This document shows, piece after piece, positions 1-9,802 of a stretch of DNA of 64,000 nucleotides; within the stretch, counting starts at the first letter, position 1; the number at the start of each line of letters is the position of its first letter. This DNA comes from Candidatus Poriferisocius sp. (GTDB lineage: Bacteria > Actinomycetota > Acidimicrobiia > Acidimicrobiales > Bin134). The stretch is from NCBI RefSeq assembly GCF_965219775.1, contig NZ_OZ244793.1:1844757-1908756 (forward strand), written 5' to 3'. The notes beneath the pieces are model-generated. The model did no database searches. It had not been told where the DNA came from and was given only the letters and a program-made list of their open reading frames with translations. Position numbers and translations under genes: made by a program.

Positions 1-195
1 GGCGAGGTCGGACAGGTCGAAATAGGAGGTACCCGGAGCGAAGTCGGCCAGGAAGTCGCAGTCGCTTCGCTCGGTGTCGTCGCCGCGAGCGGTTGACCCG
101 ACGAGGGCGATGGAGGTGGCGTTGTGGCGCCGGGCGGCGTCGACAATGGCACTCCGATGGACCCCGAGAATGGTGTCGCGACGAGTCACGAACAC
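1..195 (-). CDS. nucleotidyltransferase-domain protein (MNT/antitoxin-like), N-terminal part only; the gene runs off the left edge
   Basis: My own minus-strand translation from GTG at 195 (or 189) reads VFVTRRDTILGVHRSAIVDAARRHNATSIALVGSTARGDDTERSDCDFLADFAPGTSYFDLSDLA. The GS-x-ARG...SD-x-DFL pattern is typical of DNA-pol-beta-type nucleotidyltransferases. It is absent from the ORF track because it is truncated by the window edge. Confidence 0.45.
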   Translation of the reverse strand, partial: MFVTRRDTILGVHRSAIVDAARRHNATSIALVGSTARGDDTERSDCDFLADFAPGTSYFDLSDLA

Positions 196-248
196 AACTG
201 TACCGGCGGGACCACTGGGAAGGGAGGGGCCCCAGCCACTCCTCTCGG

Positions 249-1379
249 CTAGGCCGGGGTGAGGTGGGGGGCTCGGAAGTGGGGGATGACGTGGTGGCCG
301 AATTGGCGGATGGTTTCGAGCATGACCTCTTGGGGGATGGTGCCCATTTGGATCATGCACATGATCTCGTCGCAGCCGATGGCCTCCAGCTCGCTCACGT
401 AGCGGATGGCGTCCTCGTAGTTCCCGTAGGCGTGCTCGATGTTGAACGTGCTGGTGGCGTTGGGGCTGAGCGGGATGTTCATCTCGCTGATCTTGGCGTG
501 GACGTTGCCCACCGCCTCGTCGATGGCCGCCGCGGTGTCCTCGTCGGCTGAGCCGGCCCTCGGCGGGGGCGTGCCCAGGTTCCAGTGCATGATGGCCTCG
601 GCGAAGAACCGCTGGCCCCTGGCCCCGATGCGGAAGGCCTCCTCCCGGTCATCGAGGATGGTGGTGGGGCACAACGCCGAGAACCAGTCGTTGGGGTGGT
701 CGCTCACGAACCGCTCCCCCGAGCGGGTGGCGATGGCCTCGTCGTAGGTCTCCTTCATCAGCCGTATCTCGTCGGCCCCGGCGAACCCCAGCACCAGCGC
801 CCCGATGCCCAACTCGGCGGCCAGCTTCACGGTGTCCACCTTGGTGCAGGCCAGATACAACGGCGGATGGGGGTCCTGCACCGGCCGGGGCAGAATGGGA
901 TGGGGCGAGATGTCCAACAGCCCCTCCCACTCGAACTCCTCGTCCCGCCAGCAGTTGGCGATGATCCGCAGCGACTCCTCCACCTGGGCGTACGTGTCCT
1001 CGGGGCGAACCCCGAACGCCGACATCTCCTGGAGGGTGGCCCCCCGACCGGCCCCCACGTCCAGGCGGCCCCCCGACAACACATCCAGCATGGCGATGCG
1101 CTCCGCCGCCCGCAACGGGTGGTTGTAGCCGAAGGGCATGCACACCACCCCGTGCCCGATGCGGATGCGGGAAGTGCGGGCCGCCACCCACGTCAAGAAG
1201 ATCTCCGGAGCGCTCATGTGGGCGTACCACTTGAGGCAGTGGTGCTCCACCGCCCACACCCGGTCGAAACCCACCTCCTCGGCCAGCACCGCCTGATCCA
1301 CGCAGTCGCGGATCACCTGCTGCTCGAACTCCCGGGAAGGGTCGGCCATCTGGGCTTCGAAAATCATGGAGAACTTCAC
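249..1379 (-). CDS. LLM-class (luciferase-like) flavin-dependent oxidoreductase
   Basis: ORF 249..1436. The KFSMIFEAQ... N-terminus and GFDRVWAVEHH motif are typical of luciferase-like monooxygenases. I trimmed the start to GTG 1379 (ATG 1367 is an alternative); the start is uncertain. Confidence 0.8.
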   Translation of the reverse strand: MKFSMIFEAQMADPSREFEQQVIRDCVDQAVLAEEVGFDRVWAVEHHCLKWYAHMSAPEIFLTWVAARTSRIRIGHGVVCMPFGYNHPLRAAERIAMLDVLSGGRLDVGAGRGATLQEMSAFGVRPEDTYAQVEESLRIIANCWRDEEFEWEGLLDISPHPILPRPVQDPHPPLYLACTKVDTVKLAAELGIGALVLGFAGADEIRLMKETYDEAIATRSGERFVSDHPNDWFSALCPTTILDDREEAFRIGARGQRFFAEAIMHWNLGTPPPRAGSADEDTAAAIDEAVGNVHAKISEMNIPLSPNATSTFNIEHAYGNYEDAIRYVSELEAIGCDEIMCMIQMGTIPQEVMLETIRQFGHHVIPHFRAPHLTPA

Positions 1380-1488
1380 CCGGCCATTGAACCACCTTGG
1401 CCCCGTCGGCCCCGAACGCAAGCACCAACGAGCCACCCCGTCCGCCCGATAGGCCCAGCGGGAGACCCCTGGCTACCATCAACAGCAC

Positions 1489-2712
1489 ATGGACTTCGAC
1501 GAGACCCCCGAAGAGGCCGCCTTCCGGGCCGAGTGCATCGACTGGCTGGACGCCAACATGCCCCCCGACGGCGGCGGCCCCCGTGACCAGAACGCCACCA
1601 CCATCACCGACCCCGAGGTGGAGAAGGCCTACGTGGCCCGGTGCAAGGCCTGGCAGCGCACCAAGTACGACGGAGGCTGGGGATCGATCACCTGGCCCAC
1701 CGAGTACGGCGGCAAGGGCCTGAGCGGCATCCACGACGGCATCTTCAAGGACGAGGAGGCCCGCCGGGTGTCGGCCACCGGAGTGTTCGCCGTGGGCATC
1801 GGCATGACCGGCCCCACCATCATCGCCCACGGCACCGACGCCCAAAAGGAGCGCTACCTGCCCGCCATGTTGAAGGGCGACGAGGTGTGGTGCCAGCTCT
1901 TCTCGGAGCCCGTCGCCGGATCCGACCTCGGCGGGCTGCGCACCACTGCGGTGCGAGACGGCGACGAGTGGGTGATCAACGGCCAGAAGGTGTGGACGTC
2001 GGGCGCCCAGTTCAGCGACTGGGGCATCCTGTTAACCCGCACCGACCCCGACCAGCCCAAGCACCGGGGCATCACCTACTTCCTGTTGGACATGCGCACC
2101 CCGGGCATCGAGGTGCGCCCCCTGGTGCAGATCACCGGCGCCGCCCACTTCAACGAGGTGTTCCTGTCGGACGTGCGCATCCCCCACGAGAACATCCTGG
2201 GCGAGGTGAACGCCGGGTGGGGGCCGATCATGACCACTTTGGCCAACGAGCGCACCGCCATCGGGGGCAGCACCGGGCGCACCGGCATCGACCAACTGGT
2301 GAAGCTGGCCCGTGACACCGGCTGCGACCGCGACCCGGTGATCCGCCAGGAACTGGCCAAGGCCTACACCCGCATGGAGGTCCTGCGCTACCAGGGCTAC
2401 CGGGTGCGCACCGCTTCGAGTCGGGGGGAACCGCCCGGCCCGGAGAGTTCCACCATGAAGCTGGCCATCTCCCTGCACAGCGGGCTGATGGGCGACCTGG
2501 TGATGGCCATGAACGGGGCGACGGGGATGCTGAGCGGCGACGACGCCCACGACAAGGGCCGCTGGCAGCAGGAGTTTCTGGGCCAGTGGTCGGTGCGCAT
2601 CGGGGGCGGCACCGACAACATCCAGCGCAACACCATCGGCGAGAAGGTGCTGGGCCTACCCCCCGACATCCGGGTGGACAAGGGCGTGGCCTTCCGCGAC
2701 ATTCCCTCCTGA
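1489..2712 (+). CDS. acyl-CoA dehydrogenase family protein
   Basis: 407-aa ORF with an ACAD-like N-terminus (MDFDETPEEAAFRAE..), middle and C-terminal domains (WVINGQKVWTSGA, GGTDNIQRNTIGE). Confidence 0.9.
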   Translation: MDFDETPEEAAFRAECIDWLDANMPPDGGGPRDQNATTITDPEVEKAYVARCKAWQRTKYDGGWGSITWPTEYGGKGLSGIHDGIFKDEEARRVSATGVFAVGIGMTGPTIIAHGTDAQKERYLPAMLKGDEVWCQLFSEPVAGSDLGGLRTTAVRDGDEWVINGQKVWTSGAQFSDWGILLTRTDPDQPKHRGITYFLLDMRTPGIEVRPLVQITGAAHFNEVFLSDVRIPHENILGEVNAGWGPIMTTLANERTAIGGSTGRTGIDQLVKLARDTGCDRDPVIRQELAKAYTRMEVLRYQGYRVRTASSRGEPPGPESSTMKLAISLHSGLMGDLVMAMNGATGMLSGDDAHDKGRWQQEFLGQWSVRIGGGTDNIQRNTIGEKVLGLPPDIRVDKGVAFRDIPS

Positions 2713-3618
2713 TCAGGTCGCGCCGTAGACGGGGGCGGGTGCCGGAGACTCGGCGATGGAGGCGTGGACGGCGTCGCCCGCCTCGGCCACCGTGAACTTG
2801 CGGCCGATGTCCACCACGTGGCCGTGCTGCCAGCCGTCGCACACGTTGAGGGCGCCCCCGGCCACCTCGAACACCCGGCCGGTCACGTCGCAGGCGTCCG
2901 ACCCCAGCCACACCACCAGCGGTGAGGCGTTGGCCGGATCCTTGTCGTCCCATCCCTCGGGGGCCTCGGCCTCGTACATGATGCCTGCGGTCATGCGGGT
3001 GCGGGCGTCGGGGGCGATGCCGTTCACCATCACCCCGTAGCGCCCCCACTCGGCGGCCTGCTGAATGGTGAGGGCGGCCACCCCGGCCTTGGCGGCGGCG
3101 TAGTTGCCTTGGCCGATGGAACCCAATAGCCCCGCCCCGGAACTGGTGTTGACGACCCGCCCGGCCACGTCCTCGCCCGCCTTCGACCGATCCCGCCAGT
3201 GGGCGATGGCGTGGCGGGCCGGGGCGAAGTGCCCCTTCAGATGGACCCGCATGATGGCGTCCCACTCCGACTCGCTCATGTTGGCCAGCATCCGATCCCG
3301 CAGGAACCCGGCGTTGCACACCAGCGTGTCGAGGCGACCCCACCGCTCCACGGCTTGGGCGACCATGGCCTCGGCCTGGTCCCAGTCGGCCACGTCGGCG
3401 GCGTTGGCCTCGGCCTCACCCCCCAAGGCCCGAATCTCGGCCACCACCTCTTGAGCGGGCGCGGACGCCCCACCGGAGCCGTCGCGGTCCACCCCCAGGT
3501 CGTTCACCAGCACCCGGGCCCCGTGGGCCGCGAACTCCAGGGCGTGGGCCCGCCCCAGCCCGCGGGCGGCCCCGGTGATCACCACCACCCGTCCCTCGGC
3601 CATGGCCTCGGCGGCCAT
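2713..3618 (-). CDS. SDR-family oxidoreductase (hydroxyacyl-CoA dehydrogenase-like)
   Basis: VVVITGAARGLGRAHA Rossmann motif, NAG, and YAAAK active-site motif. It is convergent with and abuts the ACAD stop. Confidence 0.9.
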   Translation of the reverse strand: MAAEAMAEGRVVVITGAARGLGRAHALEFAAHGARVLVNDLGVDRDGSGGASAPAQEVVAEIRALGGEAEANAADVADWDQAEAMVAQAVERWGRLDTLVCNAGFLRDRMLANMSESEWDAIMRVHLKGHFAPARHAIAHWRDRSKAGEDVAGRVVNTSSGAGLLGSIGQGNYAAAKAGVAALTIQQAAEWGRYGVMVNGIAPDARTRMTAGIMYEAEAPEGWDDKDPANASPLVVWLGSDACDVTGRVFEVAGGALNVCDGWQHGHVVDIGRKFTVAEAGDAVHASIAESPAPAPVYGAT

Positions 3619-4776
3619 CTAGAACCCCGGGTTCAGCTCGGAGGCCACGATCCACATGGCGAAGTACTGGGCGGCGCCCCCGTAGGCGTGGCCGATGGCG
3701 GTACGGGCCCCCTCCACTTGGTACTCACCGGCGGTGCCCCGCACCTGGTTGGCCGCCTCCAGACAGCGGATCATGCCCGACGCCCCGATGGGGTTGGACG
3801 ACAACACCCCGCCCGACATGTTCACCGGGAACGACCCCCCCAGCTCGGTGTCGCCCGCGTCGGTCATCTTCCACCCCTCGCCCTCGGCGGCGATGTCGTG
3901 ACCCTCCAGCCACATGGGCTCGTACCACGAGAAGGGCACGTACAGCTCCGCGCAATCGATCTGCTCCCGGGGATTGGTGATGCCCGCCTTGGCGTACAGG
4001 GCCGCTGAGCAGTCCACCCCGGCCTGGGGTCGCACGGTGTCGCGCCCGGGGAACTGACCGAACTCGGTGCGCTTGGCGTGGGCGATGACCCACGCCGGGG
4101 TGCGGCCCGACTTGCGGACGATGTCGTCGTTGCCCAGCACCATGGCGGCGGCCCCGTCCGACGACGGGCACGACTCCAAGAAGTGCAACGGATCCCACAA
4201 CATGGGCGACTCCCGCACCTTCTCCACCGAGATGTCGGGCAGATGGAGGTGGGCGTAGGGGTTCTTCAGGGCGTTCAAGCGGTCTTTCACCGCCACCTGC
4301 CAGCCGATGTGCTCGGGCGCCTTGGACCGGGCGATGTAGTTGCGGATCCAGGGGGCGAACGACCCGCCGGCACCCTGGCCACCGCTCTTGCCCCCCGACA
4401 GGGCCCAGGTGGCGTTGCCCTCCGACTGCTTCTCGTAGGCCACGGTCAACACCGTGTCGTACAGGCCCGACTCCACCAGGTTGGCCGCCGAGATGGCGGT
4501 GGACGCCCCCACCGACCCGGCGGTGTGGACCCGGTGGATGGGCTTGCCCACCGCACCCAGGGCATCGCACAGGCTCAACAGGGGCATCATCACCCCTTCG
4601 AGGGCGTCGGGGGCCTTGCCCAACACGATGGCGTCGATGTCGTCGAGGCCGGCCCCGGCGTCCTCCAGGGCCCGGAAGGCGGCCTCCCGCACCAGTCCGT
4701 CCAGGGTCAGATCGTCACGGCGGCGCTTGTACTTGGTTTGGCCCACACCGAGCACCGCACAGGGTCGAGGCGCCAT
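3619..4776 (-). CDS. thiolase-like protein (SCP-x / lipid-transfer type)
   Basis: This is the C-terminal 385 aa of ORF 3619..5979, starting MAPRPCAVLGVGQTKYKRR. The ATG at 4776 overlaps the upstream stop (TGATG). The rest of the long ORF is a GC-rich read-through artefact. Confidence 0.85.
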   Translation of the reverse strand: MAPRPCAVLGVGQTKYKRRRDDLTLDGLVREAAFRALEDAGAGLDDIDAIVLGKAPDALEGVMMPLLSLCDALGAVGKPIHRVHTAGSVGASTAISAANLVESGLYDTVLTVAYEKQSEGNATWALSGGKSGGQGAGGSFAPWIRNYIARSKAPEHIGWQVAVKDRLNALKNPYAHLHLPDISVEKVRESPMLWDPLHFLESCPSSDGAAAMVLGNDDIVRKSGRTPAWVIAHAKRTEFGQFPGRDTVRPQAGVDCSAALYAKAGITNPREQIDCAELYVPFSWYEPMWLEGHDIAAEGEGWKMTDAGDTELGGSFPVNMSGGVLSSNPIGASGMIRCLEAANQVRGTAGEYQVEGARTAIGHAYGGAAQYFAMWIVASELNPGF

Positions 4777-5843
4777 CAGCTTTCTCCTTCCAGCACGCAG
4801 ATCAGGTTCTGCTGCAACACCGGGCCACTGGAGGCGTGCGCCACCCCCCGCCGGGCCCCGCCGTCGGTAATGAGCCGGGCCAACTCGATCACCCGAGTCA
4901 GACCGACGGCCATGAACGGGCTGCCGGTGAGCGGGCCGCCCGAGCGGTTCACCACCGTGTGGTCGCCCAGGCCGAGGGCATTGCGCAGGATGATCTCCTC
5001 GGGGCTGAAGGTCACGGTGAGCTCGGCGGCGTCCACCGGGCCGTCGTGCAGCCCCACCCGCTCGGCCGCGGTGCGAACCGACGGGGAGTCGGTGAGGTCG
5101 CGCAGCGTGGGGTGGTGCGATTCGATGCGGTGGTCGATGGCCCGGATCCACACCGGGTTGTCGCACAACTCCCGAGCCTTGTCGGCCCGGGCGATGATCA
5201 TGGCCGCGGCCCCGTCGCTCACCGGCGGGCAGTCGTGGCGGCGCAGGGGATCCTGCACATAGGGCTCGGCCAGCAGCTCGTCGGGCGACCGGTGGCCGCT
5301 GAGTTGGGCGTAGGGGTTGTCGGCGGCGTTGGCCAGGCTGCGCGAGACCACCTCGGCGAAGTCCCGCTCGGTGGCCTTGCCCGCTTCGATGAGGGCCCGG
5401 GCCTGGAATCCGGCCTGGGTCTGGGGGTCGAGGCCGAGGGGGGCGTGAACGTAGGGGTCGGTCTGCAGCGAGAACCCCTCCCGGTAGCTGCCCGGCGAGC
5501 ACTTGCCCGACCCCGACACCAACACGGTGTCGATGTCGCCCGACTGCAGCCGCACGAACCCCTCGAACAGGGCCCAGGCGCCGTCCATCTCCACGTGGCT
5601 CTCGTACACCGGCGGCCACGCCCCCACCGCGTCGATGTTCATCACGAAGGCGAAGGGCATGCCCGACAGGTAGTCGCAGCTCCCGGCGATGGTGAAGTCG
5701 ATGTCGTGGCGATCCATGCCCACCTGCTCGATCACCGAGTTCACGCACGACATGATCATGGCGGGCTCGCTGTTGTCGAACTGGGCGTAGGAGGGGGTCT
5801 GCTCGAACGCGACGATGGCCACGTCCTCGGCCAGGCTTACCAT
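4776..5843 (-). CDS. thiolase-like protein, second subunit/paralog
   Basis: From ORF 4776..5981 starting at MVSLAEDVAIVAFEQTP (ATG 5843). The start overlaps the DUF35 gene stop (ATGGTAA). Confidence 0.8.
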   Translation of the reverse strand: MVSLAEDVAIVAFEQTPSYAQFDNSEPAMIMSCVNSVIEQVGMDRHDIDFTIAGSCDYLSGMPFAFVMNIDAVGAWPPVYESHVEMDGAWALFEGFVRLQSGDIDTVLVSGSGKCSPGSYREGFSLQTDPYVHAPLGLDPQTQAGFQARALIEAGKATERDFAEVVSRSLANAADNPYAQLSGHRSPDELLAEPYVQDPLRRHDCPPVSDGAAAMIIARADKARELCDNPVWIRAIDHRIESHHPTLRDLTDSPSVRTAAERVGLHDGPVDAAELTVTFSPEEIILRNALGLGDHTVVNRSGGPLTGSPFMAVGLTRVIELARLITDGGARRGVAHASSGPVLQQNLICVLEGES

Positions 5844-6832
5844 GAGTGCTCCTTGAGCTGCTCGGCGGGTACGTCGGGCTCGCCGGTGGGCTCGAAGCGC
5901 ACGTACACCGTCTCGGGGATGGTGCCGTAGCGGTTGTCGATGTCGCCCACCGAGCGGTCCTCGGGATCCCGCCACACACACCGCATTCGCATCCCCACCC
6001 GCATGTCGGTCACCGGGATGTCACGGATGTCGATGCCGATGACCGGCTGGTCGGCCCCGTCGAACAGGATGGAGCAGCGTACGTAGGGCTCGGTCTCGGT
6101 CTGGCCGTAGTACTGCACCGGGTTGAGCTCGGTGAAGGCCACCACCGTGCCCACATCGGCCACCTCCACCTCGTCGTCCGGGCCCATCAGCACCCGGGAC
6201 ATGTTGTCGAAGCCCCGACTGGGCACGTACACCTTGCCCGACACCGGGCTGCGCTGGCCGATGATCTTGCCGTCGAGCAACCCTTGGGCGAAGCGGGCCC
6301 TATGGGGGTAAAGGGGCTCGTTGATGCGCAGGCTGATGAGGTGCTCGGTGATGGTCACCGGGTCGTCGCCGGGCTCGATGGTCTGGGGGACGGCTTGGGC
6401 CTCGGGCACGAAGTAGACGTCGGTGATGCTGCCGTGGCGTTCGGACCGGAACTGGGCGGCCACCCGCATGCCGGTGCTCAGGGCGTCGGGGTCACCGCCG
6501 GTGTCCACCGCGTGAAGCAGGGGCGTGTCGGCCCCGTCCAGCTTGACGAAGGCGAAGGCGAAAGGCTCGTCGAAGGGGTGGCGGGCCGAGGGCTCGGCCA
6601 CCCACGTCCAGTTCACCACCTCCCCGCCGGGGCCCACCTCCACCAGGTCGGGCTCCAGGGTGGCGAAAGTGTCGGGGTCGAACTCCATCGGCGGGCACAG
6701 CACCCGGTCGCCGCACCGCTGGCCCAGGATCTTGCCGTCGCGCAGGCCGGTCAGAAACGGTCCGATGACCGGTCCGGTGGTGCGGGTGTAGGGGTACTCG
6801 AGGGTGTAGTCCACGTCATGCAGGGCAGCCAC
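5837..6832 (-). CDS. DUF35-type OB-fold / Zn-ribbon protein (two OB modules)
   Basis: 331-aa ORF. GxxLxGxRC and OB-fold-like segments occur twice (ILGQRCGDRVLCPP and IIGQRSPVSGKVYVPS). It is translationally coupled to the thiolase-like genes. Confidence 0.75.
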   Translation of the reverse strand: MAALHDVDYTLEYPYTRTTGPVIGPFLTGLRDGKILGQRCGDRVLCPPMEFDPDTFATLEPDLVEVGPGGEVVNWTWVAEPSARHPFDEPFAFAFVKLDGADTPLLHAVDTGGDPDALSTGMRVAAQFRSERHGSITDVYFVPEAQAVPQTIEPGDDPVTITEHLISLRINEPLYPHRARFAQGLLDGKIIGQRSPVSGKVYVPSRGFDNMSRVLMGPDDEVEVADVGTVVAFTELNPVQYYGQTETEPYVRCSILFDGADQPVIGIDIRDIPVTDMRVGMRMRCVWRDPEDRSVGDIDNRYGTIPETVYVRFEPTGEPDVPAEQLKEHSW

Positions 6833-6901
6833 GAAATCCAGTCCACCACACCCCCGCCGGCTTTCCCAAGGCAGGCGGGTTGGCGCGGCGGCGATGACAG
6901 G

Positions 6902-8035
6902 TCAGCGCAGGGACGAGAAGAACTCGACCACGTCGGCGGTGAACAGGTCGGGGGCGTCGAGGGCGGCGAAGTGGCCGCCGCGGGGCATCTCGGTCCAGCG
7001 GACGATGTTGTACCAGTACTCGGCCCAGGGCCGGGCCGGGAAGATGCCGTCGCCGGGGAAGCGGGCGTACGCGGTGGGCACCTCCACGCGGCGGTCGGGG
7101 GCGGCGGCACCCCGGCCTCCGGTGCGGGTCTCGTAGTAGAGGCGGTTGGCCGAGGCGATGGTGCCGGTCACCCAGTAGACCATCACGTTGGTCAACAGGT
7201 CCTCGGTGGTGAAGCACTCGTCGGGGCTCCCGTCGGGGCCGATGTCGCTCCAGGCCTTGAACTTCTCCACGATCCAGGCGGCCAGCCCGGCCGGGGAGTC
7301 GTTGAGCCCCACCGACAGGGTTTGGGGGCGGGTGGCCTGCTGTTCCCGGTAGCCCCGCTCCACCCGGTTGCGGGCCCCGGCGTCCACCCGGTGGGCCCGC
7401 TCCTCGTCGTTGAGGTCGCGCACCGCCCCCGGCGGGGGCTCCGGCACGATCAACAGGTTCAGGTGGATGCCCACCAGCCGCTCGGGGGCCTGCAGGGCCA
7501 TCTGGGACGACACCGTCGAGCCCCAGTCACCCCCCTGGGCCCCGAACCGCTCGTAGCCCAAGCGGCTCATCAACTCGAGAGCGGCGGCGGCCATGCGCTT
7601 GGGCGTCCACCCCGGATCCGAGGTGGGCCCGGAGAAGCCGTAGCCGGGCAGCGACGGGCACACCACGTGGAAGTGCTGGCGCAGCGGGTCGATCACCTTG
7701 GCGAATTCGGTGAACGACCCCGGCCAGCCGTGGTGGATAACCAGGGGCTGGGCCTCGGGGTTGCGGCTGCGGGCGTGGACGAAGTGGATGTTCTGGCCGT
7801 CGATCTCGGTGGTGTACTGGGGGAACCGGTTGAGCCGGGCCTCCACGGCCCGCCAGTCGAACTCGTGGCGCCACCGGCGGCACAGCTCCCGCAGGTAGTC
7901 CAGGTCGATCCCCTCGTTCCAGCCCGCGCCGGGCAGCGGCTCGAACCACCGGGTGGCGTCCAGGCGGTGGTGCAGATCGTCGATCACCTCGTCGCCCACC
8001 TCGATGGCGAACGGCACCACCGCCGCCCCACTCAT
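6902..8035 (-). CDS. epoxide hydrolase (alpha/beta hydrolase with EH N-terminal domain)
   Basis: The N-terminal DDLHHRLDATRW...LRELCRRW, HGWPGSF oxyanion motif and GGDWGS nucleophile elbow are typical of microsomal-type epoxide hydrolases. Confidence 0.85.
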   Translation of the reverse strand: MSGAAVVPFAIEVGDEVIDDLHHRLDATRWFEPLPGAGWNEGIDLDYLRELCRRWRHEFDWRAVEARLNRFPQYTTEIDGQNIHFVHARSRNPEAQPLVIHHGWPGSFTEFAKVIDPLRQHFHVVCPSLPGYGFSGPTSDPGWTPKRMAAAALELMSRLGYERFGAQGGDWGSTVSSQMALQAPERLVGIHLNLLIVPEPPPGAVRDLNDEERAHRVDAGARNRVERGYREQQATRPQTLSVGLNDSPAGLAAWIVEKFKAWSDIGPDGSPDECFTTEDLLTNVMVYWVTGTIASANRLYYETRTGGRGAAAPDRRVEVPTAYARFPGDGIFPARPWAEYWYNIVRWTEMPRGGHFAALDAPDLFTADVVEFFSSLR

Positions 8036-8088
8036 CGCCGGCTCTCCCCTGGGGTTGGCTTCATGCGGTTGCGCTCATTCGTTTGGCC

Positions 8089-8943
8089 TCACTCGGTGCG
8101 GTTGTGGAGGGGGCCGGGGGGGAGGCGGCCGTCGGTGTCGGTGAAGCCGTAGGCGTCGGCCAGGGTGCGGGCGGCCACGGCCTGGCCCGTGTACTGGGCC
8201 CGGTCGGGGTCAACGGCCAGGGCGGTCACCGCCCGCCCGGTGAACCGGGGGGACTCGGCGGCGCCCACGTCGAGACTCGGGGGCAGCTCCATCCCCGACG
8301 CCACCGCCACGTCGATCCGCTCGGTGCGCACAAAGCCGGGCCACACCGACACCATCGACACCCCGGTGTCGGCCAGCTCCCGGGCGCAGTCGGCGGTCAT
8401 CCGGTCGAGGGCGCACTTGCCCACCCCGTAGGCCACGTGCCAGGCGTACTCGGCCGCCCCCGAGGAGCTGATGTTGGCGATCAGCCCGTCGCCCTGGCCG
8501 ATCATCACCGGGGCGGCCAGCACCGAGGCCACGTAGGCCGACCGGGTGCCCACGTCCATCATGTCGTCCCAGTTGGACAGGGGCACCTCCCAGAACGGCA
8601 GGCCCGAGGTCAGCTCGTCGGGAATGGCGAAGGCGTTGTTCACCACCACGTCGAGGCGACCGCACTCGGCGGCGATCCGGTCGAACACGGCCCTCACGGC
8701 GTCGTCGTCACGGTGGTCACAGGCCACCGCCACCGCCGTGCCCCCGGCCTCGGTGATCTCCGCCGCGGTGGCCCCCACCGTGCCGGGCAGGGGGTGCTGG
8801 CCCGCGTCGGTGGTGCGACCGGTGACGTACACCGTCGCCCCGGCCGCGCCCAGCTCCAGGGCGCACCCCTTGCCGATCCCCCGGCTGGCCCCGGTGACCA
8901 ACGCCACCTTGCCGGCCAGCGGCGTTCCCTCGTACATGCTCAT
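8089..8943 (-). CDS. SDR-family oxidoreductase
   Basis: KVALVTGASRGIGKG Rossmann motif, NNAF, and YGVGK catalytic motif. Confidence 0.85.
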   Translation of the reverse strand: MSMYEGTPLAGKVALVTGASRGIGKGCALELGAAGATVYVTGRTTDAGQHPLPGTVGATAAEITEAGGTAVAVACDHRDDDAVRAVFDRIAAECGRLDVVVNNAFAIPDELTSGLPFWEVPLSNWDDMMDVGTRSAYVASVLAAPVMIGQGDGLIANISSSGAAEYAWHVAYGVGKCALDRMTADCARELADTGVSMVSVWPGFVRTERIDVAVASGMELPPSLDVGAAESPRFTGRAVTALAVDPDRAQYTGQAVAARTLADAYGFTDTDGRLPPGPLHNRTE

Positions 8944-8968
8944 GGTGGGCCCTCCCCGCCGGCCGCCC

Positions 8969-9799
8969 TCAGGCGGGGGCGGCCACGGTCAGGCGGGCCA
9001 TCTCCCGGCGCTGCGGATAGTGGTCGGCCACCGCGAAGTGCTGGGTGCAACGCTCGTCCCACACGATGACGTCGCCCTCGGTCCACTCGTAGCGGATGGT
9101 GTAGTTGGGCTGGGTGGCGTGCTCATAGAGCATGTCCAAGATGGCGTCACTCTCGGCCCGGTCGAACCCCACCAGGTGGCTGGTGAAGTTCTGGTTGACG
9201 TTGAGATGGCGGCGCCCGGTGTCGGGATGCACGGCGATCACCGGACGCTCGACGCCGGGGTACTGCTCCCGGGTGCGGTCCACCAGCTCGCCGCCCGCCT
9301 TGGAGATGAACGCCTGACCCGGCCCCATGTCGTGCCAGGCCACCAGGCCCTCCAGCCGTTCCGCCAGGGCCTCGGACAGGCCGTCGTAGGCGGCGTACAT
9401 GCTGGCGAACATGGTGTCGCCCCCGCGGGGAGGCATGTCCACGGCCCGCAGGCTGCCCACGATGGGGGCGTCGGGATCCCAGGTGACGTCGGTGTGCCAT
9501 TTGTCCTGGTAGGGCGGATGGGCCTCGTCGTCGACGATGCGCTCCACCTTGGCCTCCAACGCCCCGGCCACCCGGCCGATGGGGTGGATGTAGGGCCGCC
9601 CCCAGGGGGCCAAGAGGGCCATCTGCTGGTCGTCGTCGATGGCCTGGTCGGGAAAGACCAACACCAGATGCTCCAACAGCAGCCTGTACAGCTCGTCCTG
9701 GGCGTCCGGGTCCCGCGGTTCTCGCAGGTCGATGTTGCCGACGCGGGCGCCGAGCACCCCGCCGATGGGTTCCACCTGCCATTGCGTCATGTCGGACAC
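8969..9799 (-). CDS. TauD/TfdA-family Fe(II)/2-oxoglutarate-dependent dioxygenase
   Basis: WHTDVTW (His-x-Asp facial triad), GGDTMFASM, and a C-terminal WDERCTQH are typical of TauD-like dioxygenases. Confidence 0.85.
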   Translation of the reverse strand: MSDMTQWQVEPIGGVLGARVGNIDLREPRDPDAQDELYRLLLEHLVLVFPDQAIDDDQQMALLAPWGRPYIHPIGRVAGALEAKVERIVDDEAHPPYQDKWHTDVTWDPDAPIVGSLRAVDMPPRGGDTMFASMYAAYDGLSEALAERLEGLVAWHDMGPGQAFISKAGGELVDRTREQYPGVERPVIAVHPDTGRRHLNVNQNFTSHLVGFDRAESDAILDMLYEHATQPNYTIRYEWTEGDVIVWDERCTQHFAVADHYPQRREMARLTVAAPA

Positions 9800-9802
9800 C
9801 TC

